Of a stretch of 64,000 nt of DNA, positions 37,509-47,006 are shown one piece after another. Position 1 is the first letter of the stretch. Each line of letters opens with the position of its first letter. The notes under the pieces are model-generated. The model saw nothing but the letters and a program-made list of their open reading frames with translations, searched no databases and had not been told where the DNA came from. The translations under genes were made by a program, and so were the position numbers. Source of the DNA: an uncultured Acidobacteriota bacterium (GTDB taxonomy: Bacteria > Acidobacteriota > Thermoanaerobaculia > UBA5066); the NCBI GenBank assembly GCA_963779415.1, contig CAVZYA010000001.1, forward strand, positions 1,632,001-1,696,000, written 5' to 3'.

Positions 37509-38706
37509 CCGACTCCCCCGAGGAGACGCCGGAAGATCCCCGAGGCCCGGGTGTCCTTCCGCCACGGCGCGGCGGCGTAGTCGAGGAGAGGCCGGAGCGT
37601 TCGCTCCCACCGGTAGGACGCGGCGACCTCCAGCGCCCTCGCGGCGGCGGCCGATCGGGCCGCGCCGTCCGTGAGGAGCGCCACGAGGGCCGCGGCGAGG
37701 GGAACGCGATCCGCGGGAACGACGCGTCCCGCCCCCGACTGCGCGACGAGCCGCGCCCCGGCTCCCCCGTCGGTGGTCACGACGGGAAGGCCGGCCCAGA
37801 GGAAATCGAGAAGGCGGGTCCGGAAGGAGAGAGAGGTCTCGAGCGACGGGCGCTGCGCCACGGCCGCGACACGGCACGCGCGGTAGAGCCCGCCCCGCGC
37901 GTCGAGCGGCGCCCACGGGAGGACGATGACGGAGCGCCCGAGCCATCCCTCGCGCTCCGCCCGCGCCCGCGCCTCTTCCAGCCGGACCTGCGGCGTCGAG
38001 GACGCGTTCGGCGTCTCCGAGAAAAGGAGACGGGCGTGCGGAACGGCGGCGAGGACGGCGGGCCAGGCGTCGAGAAGGAGATCCGCGTCGTACCAGTCGT
38101 AGACGCCGCCGAAAAGGACGTCGGCCTCTCCCGGCTCGATCTCGTGGAAGGGCCAGGCGCCGGACGGCGCGGTCTCGTCGACGCCGAAGGAGACGACGTC
38201 GCAGAGCCGCCGCGCTTCGCCGTCCCGCTGGATGTCCGCCGGAGAGAGGCGCCCCGGCCGAGGAGAAGCCCGAGCCAGAAGAGGCGCTGCTCCTCCGTCG
38301 CCGCGAGGACGAAGTCCGCCCGCTCGAGAAGGTCGAAGAGGACCTTCCGGTCGTTCACGAAGACGTTCGGGCCGAGTGATTCCGCGTAAGAGAGGTTCTC
38401 CACGAGGAACGGGTCGTAGAGATCGGCCACGACGGCCCCCGGGAACCGCGAGGCGACGAGCTCCTTCCCGGCGTGCCCCGACACGACGGCGACCGGGAAC
38501 TCTTCCGCCTGTCCGAGCGCCTCCCGCGTCTCGCTCACGACGACGCGCCCCGCGCCGCGAAGCGGAACCTCCCCGGGCTCCGGCGAGGCGAGAACCACGT
38601 CGTGCCCGGCCCGTCCGAGATGTTCGGCGATCCGGAGGGCGCGGATTCCCATTCCCGCCATCCGGGAGCGGACGGGCTCGGGGGAGAGGACGAGAACGCG
38701 GTTCAC
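37505..38706 (-). CDS. Glycosyltransferase family 4, frameshift near 38250
   Basis: MAGMGIRA, VADLYDPF, then FGGVYDWYD and SFRTRLLDFLWAGLPVV in the next frame. Confidence 0.8.
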
Positions 38707-39479
38707 GGCGTCACCTCCGCGAAAGGGCTCATCGCCTGCGCGAGGGCAGGGACGCCTCGCGCGAGGTCGGAGCCCGGGACGACGAAATAGCCCTCCGCCG
38801 CCGTCGTCTCCTTCGGGAGCGTCATCCGGCGGTAGGCGTTCAGGCCCGAGACGAAGCCTGCGTAATCGCGTTCCCGGCTCTGCGACACGAAGGCGCTCAT
38901 GGCCCGCCCCTTCGTCTCGGCGTGCCGGCCGCAGTCGAAGAGGAAGTTCGGCCGGAAGGGCTGCGACAGCTCGAAGAACGCCACGTTCGCCCCGCCGAGA
39001 ACCTGGCCGACGCGGGATGACGGCGCCGCCCGCTCCGCCGCCGCGACGAGCGCGGAAGCGGCGGCCCGGTGGTCGGGGTGGATCTCCACCGGTGAGGGGG
39101 CGAAGACGAGATCCGGCTCGGTCTCCTCGAGAGCCCGCTCCAGCGCCTCCCGAAGCTCCGGCTCCGCCTTCCAGAGGCCCCGGTCGGGAAAGCCGGCGGT
39201 CCGGAGCTTCCCGCCGCCGAGGATCGCGAGGGCGACGCCCGACTCGCGGAGCCGGAGGCCGGCGATCCGCTTCCGCTCCGCCGGATCCTCGATCCCTCCG
39301 GCCCCGTCGGTCAGGACGAGGACGACGATCTCCGCGCCCCGCGCCGCGAGATCGGCGAGGGCCGCACCGCAGCCGAACACCTCGTCGTCCGGATGGGGCG
39401 CGAGGACGAGGACCCGCCGCGCCGAGAAGGACGAAGCCCGGTACGGGATGAGCGCCTCCTCGGCGACGAAGGCGGTCAC
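38703..39479 (-). CDS. PIG-L/LmbE-family deacetylase
   Basis: APHPDDEVFGCG and HPDH motifs. Confidence 0.88.
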   Translation of the reverse strand: MTAFVAEEALIPYRASSFSARRVLVLAPHPDDEVFGCGAALADLAARGAEIVVLVLTDGAGGIEDPAERKRIAGLRLRESGVALAILGGGKLRTAGFPDRGLWKAEPELREALERALEETEPDLVFAPSPVEIHPDHRAAASALVAAAERAAPSSRVGQVLGGANVAFFELSQPFRPNFLFDCGRHAETKGRAMSAFVSQSRERDYAGFVSGLNAYRRMTLPKETTAAEGYFVVPGSDLARGVPALAQAMSPFAEVTP

Positions 39480-39525
39480 GGGGAATCTCCGGGACTCATG
39501 TCGGGGCCATTCTAGCGGCCACGCC

Positions 39526-39554
39526 TTGACACCCCGGAGGCCGCAATCCAGACT
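39526..39554 (+). promoter_or_regulatory. Sigma-70-type promoter for the GT2 operon
   Basis: TTGACA-N17-CAGACT. Confidence 0.55.
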
Positions 39555-39597
39555 GCCCTCGAGCCTCTCCCGCGCTCGCCGAGGAGGATCCGGCCGC

Positions 39598-40659
39598 GTG
39601 GCCACCGCTTTGGGAGACCCGCCGAAGGTCTCCGTCATCGTCCGAACGAAAGACCGCCCGGACCTCCTTGCCGAGGCCATCGGGAGCCTTTGCGCCCAGA
39701 CGTTCACGGACTTCGAAACGCTCGTCGTGAACGACGGCGGCACGATCCCCGAGGCGGCCTTCGGGCCGGCGCCGGGGCGGGGACTCCGGATCGTCCTCCC
39801 GGAGCCTCCGGGGGGACGCGTTCGGGCGCTCAACGCGGGCCTCGCCGCCGCCCGGGGAACGTTCATCGCCTATCTCGACGACGACGACGTCTACCGGCCA
39901 ACCCATCTCGCGACGCTCGTGGCCGCCCTCGAGGGGGAGGGGGACTTCGGAGCGGCCATCTCCGACGTCGACCAGATCGCGCGGCGGCGGGGTCCGGACG
40001 GGCTCTGGCGGGACGAGGAGCTCCTCTTCCACTACGGCCGCTCCTTCGACGCCGACCGGATCCTCTTCAAGAACGACGTTCCGCTCATCGCCCTCCTGCA
40101 CCGGCGCGATCTCGTCGAGAAGATCGGGCCTTTCGACACGGCTTTCGATCTCTTCGAGGACTGGGATTTCCTGATCCGGCTCTCCCGCGTCACTCGCTTC
40201 CGTCACGTGCCGGAGACGACGGCGGTCTACCGCGTCCGGGACGACGAGACGAATGCCACGAGGGCGAACCCGTGGCGAGGGCCTGTCGCGGAGAAGATGC
40301 GCCGGGCTCTCTTTGCCAAGCATGCGGCCCTCCGTACGCCCGAGGCGACGATGGTCGCGGTGGACGGTTTCGACGGCGCCGTCTGGCTGCAGGAGCAGGA
40401 ACTCCGGGCGCTTCGTGAAAGGCTCGACACTGCCGAGGGACGCCTTCGGGAAGCGGCCGCCCGCCTCTCGCGCCTCGAGTCGCTCTTCAAGGAAGAGCAG
40501 GCCGCCGCCGAGCGGCGCCTCGAGGTGGCGAAGGAGCGCGAGGCGGCGATCGCGGCGGAGCGGGACGCGCTCGAAACCGAGCTTCGAAGGGTCCACGATT
40601 CGCTCTGGTGGCGGCTCGCGACCCCCTGGTGGAAGCTCCGGAGTCTTCTCGGGCGATGA
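39598..40659 (+). CDS. Glycosyltransferase family 2 with C-terminal coiled coil
   Basis: VSVIVRTKDRP, VVNDGG, YLDDDD, EDWDF; heptad tail ending SLWWRLATPWWKLR. Confidence 0.88.
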   Translation: MATALGDPPKVSVIVRTKDRPDLLAEAIGSLCAQTFTDFETLVVNDGGTIPEAAFGPAPGRGLRIVLPEPPGGRVRALNAGLAAARGTFIAYLDDDDVYRPTHLATLVAALEGEGDFGAAISDVDQIARRRGPDGLWRDEELLFHYGRSFDADRILFKNDVPLIALLHRRDLVEKIGPFDTAFDLFEDWDFLIRLSRVTRFRHVPETTAVYRVRDDETNATRANPWRGPVAEKMRRALFAKHAALRTPEATMVAVDGFDGAVWLQEQELRALRERLDTAEGRLREAAARLSRLESLFKEEQAAAERRLEVAKEREAAIAAERDALETELRRVHDSLWWRLATPWWKLRSLLGR

Positions 40660-42679
40660 GCGACGGGTCCATCCGCTGCGACGTCGTGGTCCCGGTCCAC
40701 AACGCGCTTCGCTCGACGAAGAACTGCCTCCGGACGCTGCGTCAGCACGCGCCGCCGTGGGCCCGGATCGTCGTCGTCAACGACGCGAGCGACGCGCGGA
40801 CGACGGCGTGGCTCCGCGAGCAGCCCGGCATCGTCCTATTGGAGAACGAGGTCAATCTCGGCTTCGTGAAGACGGCGAATCGCGGCCTCCTCCATTCCGA
40901 CGCCCCGTGGGTCTGCCTCCTCAACAGCGACACCTTGATGACGTCCGGCGCCCTCGAGCGGATGGTCGCCCGCTGTGAGGGGGACCCGCGGATCGGCCTC
41001 TGCTGCCCTCTCTCGAACAACGCGATCAACCTCTCCGTGAAGATCCCGCCCGGCCAGGACGTCTTCTCTTTCGCCGAGCAGGTCGCCCGGACGAGCCCCG
41101 CTCTCTACCCCGACGCCGTCACGGTCGTCGGTTTCTGCCTTCTCGTGAAGCGGGAGCTGATCCGCTCCGTCGGCGTCTTCGACGAGGCGTTCGGACGGGG
41201 ATACGGAGAGGAGACCGACCTCCACTACCGGGCGCGCTCCGCGGGCTTCCGCTGCGTCGTCGCGGACGACACGTTCGTCTACCACCGGCAGGGGGCGAGC
41301 TTCGACGACGCCGACGCGCGGATGCGGAAGAACCTCGAGCTGGTCTACGGTCGCTGGGGGGAGACGCACCGGCTCGAGCTCGCGGCGTTCGAAAGGGAGA
41401 ACGCTCTCGGCACCGTCCGGGATGCCGCCTCGCTCGAGTGGATCCGCCCGGGCGAGGCCGCCGCGCCCCCGGACGTCCTCTTCGTCCTTCCGATGATGGG
41501 GGTCTTCGGCGGCGTCGCGGACATCCTCGAGCTGGCGAACGCTCTCGTCCTCGACGGGGTCCGCGCCTCGGTCGTGATCCTCGGGGAGCTGGAGCGCGAG
41601 TTCGAGATGGAACTCTTCTTCCGCCCGGCCCGGATCCCGCCGGAGCGTTTCCTCGACGACGTCCCTCCGGCGAAGGTGCTCGTCGCGACGGCGTACCAGA
41701 CGGCGCCTCTCGTCGCGATCGCCGCCGCGCGCCGTCCCGGGACGAAATCCGCGTACTTCGTCCAGGACTACGAGGGATGGTTCGGGGCGGACGGCGCCGA
41801 GTACGTGGCATCGACGTACGACCTCGTCCCGCGGATGACGGCGATCTCCGGGCTGGCTCGCCGCCGAGATCGCCTCGCGTCACGCGCACCGTCCCGAGGT
41901 CGTCCCGGTCGGCGCCGATCCGGAGACCTTCTATCCGCGCGGCGACCGCCCCACGGACGGGCCCGTCCGGATCGTCGCGATGCTTCGCCCCGACGAGAGG
42001 CGCGGAATCGGGGTTCTCCTTCCGGCGCTCGCGAAGGTCGGGGCCCGCCCCGACGTCGAGATCGTCTTCTTCGGCTCCCACCCGTATCCCGCGGACGGCC
42101 CTCCCCTTCCGCACCGGCACCTCGGGATCCTCTCGCGTGACGCGGTGGCGCGACTCTTCTCGACGGCTCACGTCGTCGTCGACCCTTCTCTCTTCCAGGG
42201 CTTCGGCCTCGTCGGGCTCGAGGGGATGGCGAGCGGCGCCGCGTGCGCGCTGACCGACAGCGGCGGCATCCGCGAATACGCCGTGGACGGGGAGAACGCG
42301 CTCGTCGTCCCGACCCGCGATCACGCCGCTCTCGCGGCGGCGATACTCCGGCTCGTCGAGGACTCCGCATTCCGCGGCCGCCTCGGCATGGCCGGCGTCG
42401 CGACGGCCCGCCGTTTCTCGTGGGAGCGGACGGCGGAGCGTTACCGGAGTTCCTCGATTCGCTCTTCCGCCCGCCGAGCCGCCGGCGCCGCGGGAGCGCG
42501 CCGCTGCTCGAGCTGCTCGGCCTCGAAGTTGACTGCGCGGAAGCGGACGGCGCGAAGCATCGCTCCGGAGCGAGCTGAGGGCGGCGCGCCAGACGCTCGA
42601 CGCGATCTACGCGTCGCGCGCCTTTCGGTTGGCGGAGCGGTGGCGCCGGATGAAAAAGCTCTTCAGACCCGGAGCGTGA
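40656..42679 (+). CDS. Bifunctional GT2-GT4 glycosyltransferase, frameshifts near 41850 and 42450-42570
   Basis: DVVVPVHN, LLNSD, GYGEETD; YFVQDYE; QGFGLVGLEGMASG; tail IYASRAFRLAERW. Confidence 0.8.
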
Positions 42680-43722
42680 CCTCAGCGAGAGCCCGGCCGG
42701 AGGCGTCCGCGACCGCCCGCGCGTGCCACGGGATCTCGTCGAGGAGCGGCCGAAGGCTCTCCGGCGGCGCGAACGCCCGCTCCTCCGAAGAAAGCGGAGC
42801 CCACGCGAAGACGGCGAAGGAGCGCAGCGGGGAGAGCGCGACTCCGAGGGCCGGCCCCTCCCACGCGAGACGCGCGGCGACGGGAAGGTCGGGCCATGCG
42901 CCGGCCGGCGTCTTCGCGAGCGCCTCGAGCGCCGCCGCGCCCCGGGCGCCGAAGTGCGTCGTGAAGATAGCGGCGCTCGGACTCTCCGAACCAGGCCGTG
43001 GCCCGCGGCTCTCCGCCGGTCGTCCGGCCGTAGGGATGGATGGCCCGTGCCGCACCTACCAGGAAGAGATTTCCGCCGGCGCGCCGGAGACGCCGCTGCC
43101 AGTCGTTCTCTTCGTAGTAGAGCCGATAGCCCTCGTCGAACGGCCCGACGGCTTCGATCGTCCGACGGGAGACCGCCATCAGGGCGCCCGGGATCGCCGA
43201 CACCTCGAGCGTCTCCCGGCGCCACAGCGCCGGCGCGGCGTGCAGGGTTCGCCGCAGGCGGCGCGCGAAGACGCGGCGGGCTCCGGCCGGCTCGAGCGCG
43301 AGGCGGCGGCGCGCGAGGTCGAGCGGCCCGGGCTCCTCGAACGGAGGGATCAGGATCGTCGCTTCGGGATCGAGATAGGTCTTCGGGCCCGCGAGGAGAA
43401 GGGGCCCGCTCCGGACGCACTCCGCGAGCGCGGCGACGGCGCCGGGAAGGACGGAGACGTCCGGGTTCATCAGGAAGAGGACGTCCCCCCGCGCCGCCGC
43501 GATCCCCTGGTTCAGGCCGGCGGCATAGCCGAGGTTCCGCCCCGGGTCGATCGTCACGTCGGCGACTTCCGAAACGGCGCGAACCTCCTGCGGGTCCTGC
43601 GAGTTGACGACCGCCACGGCCTCGAGAAGCTCCCCCGCCTTCGCCGCGTCCTCGCGGAGAAGGGCGATGGCGCGCGCCGTGAGGGGCGCCGAGCGGTAGC
43701 TGACGACGACGACGGAGATCAC
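42663..43722 (-). CDS. Glycosyltransferase family 2, frameshift near 42970
   Basis: ISVVVVSY, NLGYAAGLN, LMNPD, FDEGYRLYYEEND. Confidence 0.82.
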
Positions 43723-43771
43723 GCGGCGGAGGACTCCCGGCTCTCCGGCGCTACGGTACACTGCCCTCAGG

Positions 43772-44740
43772 GTGGCTGTCCTCGTCCGCCTCGCGGAGCC
43801 TCGAGACCGCGCCGCGATCCACCGCCTCTTCCGAGCCGCTTTCGGCTCCGACGCCGACCTCGCCGTCTGGGAGTGGAAGTACGACCGGAACCCGAACCCG
43901 GCCCCGTCGGCCGTCGCGATCGAGGGAGACCGCGCCTTCGGGTTCTACGGCGGTTGCGGCACGCGCTACCGCGGCGCGGCGGGCGACTTCCCGGGCGCCT
44001 CCGCCGTCGACGTCATGACCGACCCGGAGGCGCGCACCCTCGGGCACCGGTCGCTCTTCCGCGACGTCGGAGAGGAGTTTTGCCGCCTCTGCCGGGAGGC
44101 GGGGATTCCCTTCTACTTCGGATTCCCCAACGAGCGCGCCCGGATCATCGGCGAGCGGACTCTCGGCTACCGCTCCGTGGAGCCGGCGGGTCTCTCGGTG
44201 CGCCTCATAGGCTTGCCGACGCTGTACGGGCGGCTCCGGCGCCGCCTCCTTCGCACGCGGACCGGTGCGTCCTTCTCCGCCGGACACGACGCCCTCGCCG
44301 ACGCGATCCATGCTCGCCCCGGATGGCGGACGGACCGCTCCCGAAGGACGCTCGACTGGCGCTTCTCGCCGCACGCCGGGACGGCCTACCGGATCGTGGA
44401 GCTGCTCGATGGGCGAGCGGCGTCGCGCGGCTACGCCGTCGTCCGTCTCGTCCTGGAACGGGCGCTCCTCGTGGACATGGAAGTGCGGGACGAGGAGTCC
44501 GGGGACGTCGGGGACCTTCTCGAGGCCGTCTCCGGCTCGCTCGAAGGCTCCGGCGCCACCCGTCTGGAGCTTCGGGCCGCCGCCTCCTCGCGCCTCGCGG
44601 CGCGCCTCGAGGCCGAGTTCGGCTTCGCGCGCGAGCCTTCCGACTGCCACTTCGAGATCCGCCCCATCGACCCGGGCTTCGACGCGCTCGCCGCCGGGCG
44701 CGCCTTCGACTACCGCTTCGCCGACCACGAGATCTTCTAG
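43772..44740 (+). CDS. GNAT-family N-acetyltransferase
   Basis: WEWKYDRNP, DVMTDPEAR, FYFGFPN, LDWRF. Confidence 0.8.
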   Translation: MAVLVRLAEPRDRAAIHRLFRAAFGSDADLAVWEWKYDRNPNPAPSAVAIEGDRAFGFYGGCGTRYRGAAGDFPGASAVDVMTDPEARTLGHRSLFRDVGEEFCRLCREAGIPFYFGFPNERARIIGERTLGYRSVEPAGLSVRLIGLPTLYGRLRRRLLRTRTGASFSAGHDALADAIHARPGWRTDRSRRTLDWRFSPHAGTAYRIVELLDGRAASRGYAVVRLVLERALLVDMEVRDEESGDVGDLLEAVSGSLEGSGATRLELRAAASSRLAARLEAEFGFAREPSDCHFEIRPIDPGFDALAAGRAFDYRFADHEIF

Positions 44741-45735
44741 CCCCGGAAGATCGCCTCCAGCCGGTCGAGGACGGGCCCGAGGCGGAACGTCGCGGCCACC
44801 TCCATCCCCCGGCGGCGGCGGGCTCTCCAGAGGCTCTCGTCGTCGAGAAGCCGCACGGCCTCCCGCGCCATCGCGGCGTCGTCCCCCGGCGTCACGAAGG
44901 TCGCGGCGTCGCGAGGAATCGGAGCATACGAGGGGATCTCCGTCAGGATGACCGGCGTGCCCGAGGCCATCGCTTCGAGCGGCGGGAGCGGGAAACCCTC
45001 CGCCTCGAAAGACGGGTGAATGAGGAGGTCGAGGCCCCGGTAGAAACCGGCCATCTCCGTGACGCTCGCGCCGTGACGGTAGAGATCGCTGGCCAGGAGA
45101 ATCCGCTCCGCCGGGGACTCGGGAAGCTGGCTGGCCCGATGCAGCGTGACGGCCCGTCCCGAAGCCTTCAGCCGCGAGATTGCCGCGAGGGCGACCGGGA
45201 TCCCCTTGTTGGCGGCTTCGAAGGGCCCGACGACGCCGATCACCGGAGGCCGGCGCGGCCCGTCCGGCTCCGGCCCGGCCGGACGGTAGTCCTCGGGCCG
45301 GATGGCCTGTGGCAGGACGTGATAGGGCCCCGGATACCGTCCCTCGAAGAGTCCGAGGAGATGGGCCGAGATGAGGAGCTTCGGGATCGGCTGCCCGTAG
45401 GCCTCGTCGATCTCCTTCCGGCGGTGGGCCGTATTCGGATAGATCGCTTCCCAGCCCTGGCTGAAGTGAAAGATCTTCGGCGCAAGCCGGGCGCGGACCG
45501 TCGGGACGACGGTCGGGAACCAGGTGGCGACATGGACGTCCGCCGGGGGAATGGTCGATGCGTCGAACTGCGCCACTTCGGTCACGGGGACCCGGATCGG
45601 GATCCAGGGGTGCCGGGAGTCCCGCGTCACGATGGAGACTTCGTGGCCCCGGGACGCGAGTCCCTCGGCATGCTCGATGATGACCTTCACGCCCCCCGAG
45701 ACTTCCAGGGATTCGACGACGTAGACGACCTTCAT
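44737..45735 (-). CDS. Glycosyltransferase family 4 (WsaF-like)
   Basis: SGGVKVI, VATWFPT, EGFPLPPLEAMASG. Confidence 0.88.
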   Translation of the reverse strand: MKVVYVVESLEVSGGVKVIIEHAEGLASRGHEVSIVTRDSRHPWIPIRVPVTEVAQFDASTIPPADVHVATWFPTVVPTVRARLAPKIFHFSQGWEAIYPNTAHRRKEIDEAYGQPIPKLLISAHLLGLFEGRYPGPYHVLPQAIRPEDYRPAGPEPDGPRRPPVIGVVGPFEAANKGIPVALAAISRLKASGRAVTLHRASQLPESPAERILLASDLYRHGASVTEMAGFYRGLDLLIHPSFEAEGFPLPPLEAMASGTPVILTEIPSYAPIPRDAATFVTPGDDAAMAREAVRLLDDESLWRARRRRGMEVAATFRLGPVLDRLEAIFRG

Positions 45736-46925
45736 TCCGGATTCATCCGGCCCCAGACGATGGGGACGGACATCAGTCCGACCCGCCAGGTCGCCGACTC
45801 GACGTGAAACGTCTGGTCGCTCCGGGAGTCGTAGAGGGCGAGGGCGTTCTCGTCCCCGATGTAGGCGTGAACCACGAACTCGCCCTTCCCCAGCGGAAGC
45901 GCGTCGAGGCCGATCCGGACCCGGTAGCGGTCTTTTCCGACGAAGGGACCGATGCCGTCGAGACGCGAATCGGCCGAGAAGCAGACGACGTTGTCGCGCG
46001 TGGAGACCGCGAAGTGGATCTGGAGCGGGCGCGTCGCCTCGTCCGGAGAGAAGTCCAGCTCCACGCCCCACGGCTCTCCCGGGCGGAACTCGCTCCGGGG
46101 GGCGCCGTCCGCCCCGACGACCCGGACGTCCCGGAAGCGCGCGTGCGACTCCGCCTGCGGCGCGGCGTGCGGCGGACGCGATTCCTCCTTCGCCGCGAGG
46201 TACTTCTCGTATTCGAGGACGACTCGCTGCGCGTCGCCCTCGCCCGCCACCGAGCCTTCGCGGAGCCAGATCGCTTCGTCGCAGATGGTCGAGACGTAGT
46301 ACATCGCGTGGCTGCAGAAGAAGATCGTCCGCCCCGAGGACTTCAGCTCGAGGATCCGGTCGACGCACTTCTTCTGGAAGCGCCCGTCCCCCACCGCCAG
46401 CGCCTCGTCGAGGATGACGACGTCCGGGAGAGCCGCCGTCGCGACGGCGAAGGCGAGGCGCATCTGCATCCCCGAGGAGTAGGTCTTCACCGGCCGGTCG
46501 AAGAACTCGCCGAGGTCGGCGAATGCCTCGATCTCCGGAAGGGCCGTCCGGACCTCCTCGCGTGAAAGGCCGGTCAGGGCGGCCTGAAGCATGACGTTCC
46601 GCCGCCCCGTCTCCTCGGGATGGAACGAGGAGCCGAGCTCCAGGATCGACGCGACGCGCCCCGGGACGTGGACCGTTCCGGACGTCGGCGCCGTCGTCCC
46701 GGCGAGGATCTTGAAGAGCGTGCTCTTTCCCGATCCGTTCTCCCCGATGAGGCCCAGAACGGCGCCGGGAGCGACACCCCCCGAGACGTTCCGGAGGGCA
46801 TGCACCTCCGCATGGCGGGGGCGCCCCGTCGCCGCCTCCACGAGCCGGTCGCGCGGCGTCCCATAGATCCGGTAGACCTTGCTGACGCCCGAAAAGCGGA
46901 TCCCTTCCCTCTCCATCGCCGGCAT
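45732..46925 (-). CDS. wzt: Polysaccharide ABC transporter ATPase with C-terminal Wzt_C domain
   Basis: GENGSGKST, YSSGMQMRLAFA, DEALAVGD, plus a ~150-aa beta-sandwich extension. Confidence 0.9.
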   Translation of the reverse strand: MPAMEREGIRFSGVSKVYRIYGTPRDRLVEAATGRPRHAEVHALRNVSGGVAPGAVLGLIGENGSGKSTLFKILAGTTAPTSGTVHVPGRVASILELGSSFHPEETGRRNVMLQAALTGLSREEVRTALPEIEAFADLGEFFDRPVKTYSSGMQMRLAFAVATAALPDVVILDEALAVGDGRFQKKCVDRILELKSSGRTIFFCSHAMYYVSTICDEAIWLREGSVAGEGDAQRVVLEYEKYLAAKEESRPPHAAPQAESHARFRDVRVVGADGAPRSEFRPGEPWGVELDFSPDEATRPLQIHFAVSTRDNVVCFSADSRLDGIGPFVGKDRYRVRIGLDALPLGKGEFVVHAYIGDENALALYDSRSDQTFHVESATWRVGLMSVPIVWGRMNPE

Positions 46926-46931
46926 GTTGCC

Positions 46932-46963
46932 AAAAAAATGGCCCGGGCGGGCGCCCGGGCCTG
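46932..46963 (-). terminator. Rho-independent terminator after the PKD gene
   Basis: Minus strand ggcccgggcg-ccc-gcccgggcc followed by a T7 tract. Confidence 0.75.
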
Positions 46964-47006
46964 AACGAGGGATACGCCCGATTATTCGGGCCTGGGGAAA
47001 GGGTTC

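Noticed and set aside
41980-45807. 1275-aa plus-strand ORF
   Set aside because: Only the first ~155 aa are the GT4 domain of the frameshifted gene; the rest is a GC-rich shadow frame over real genes
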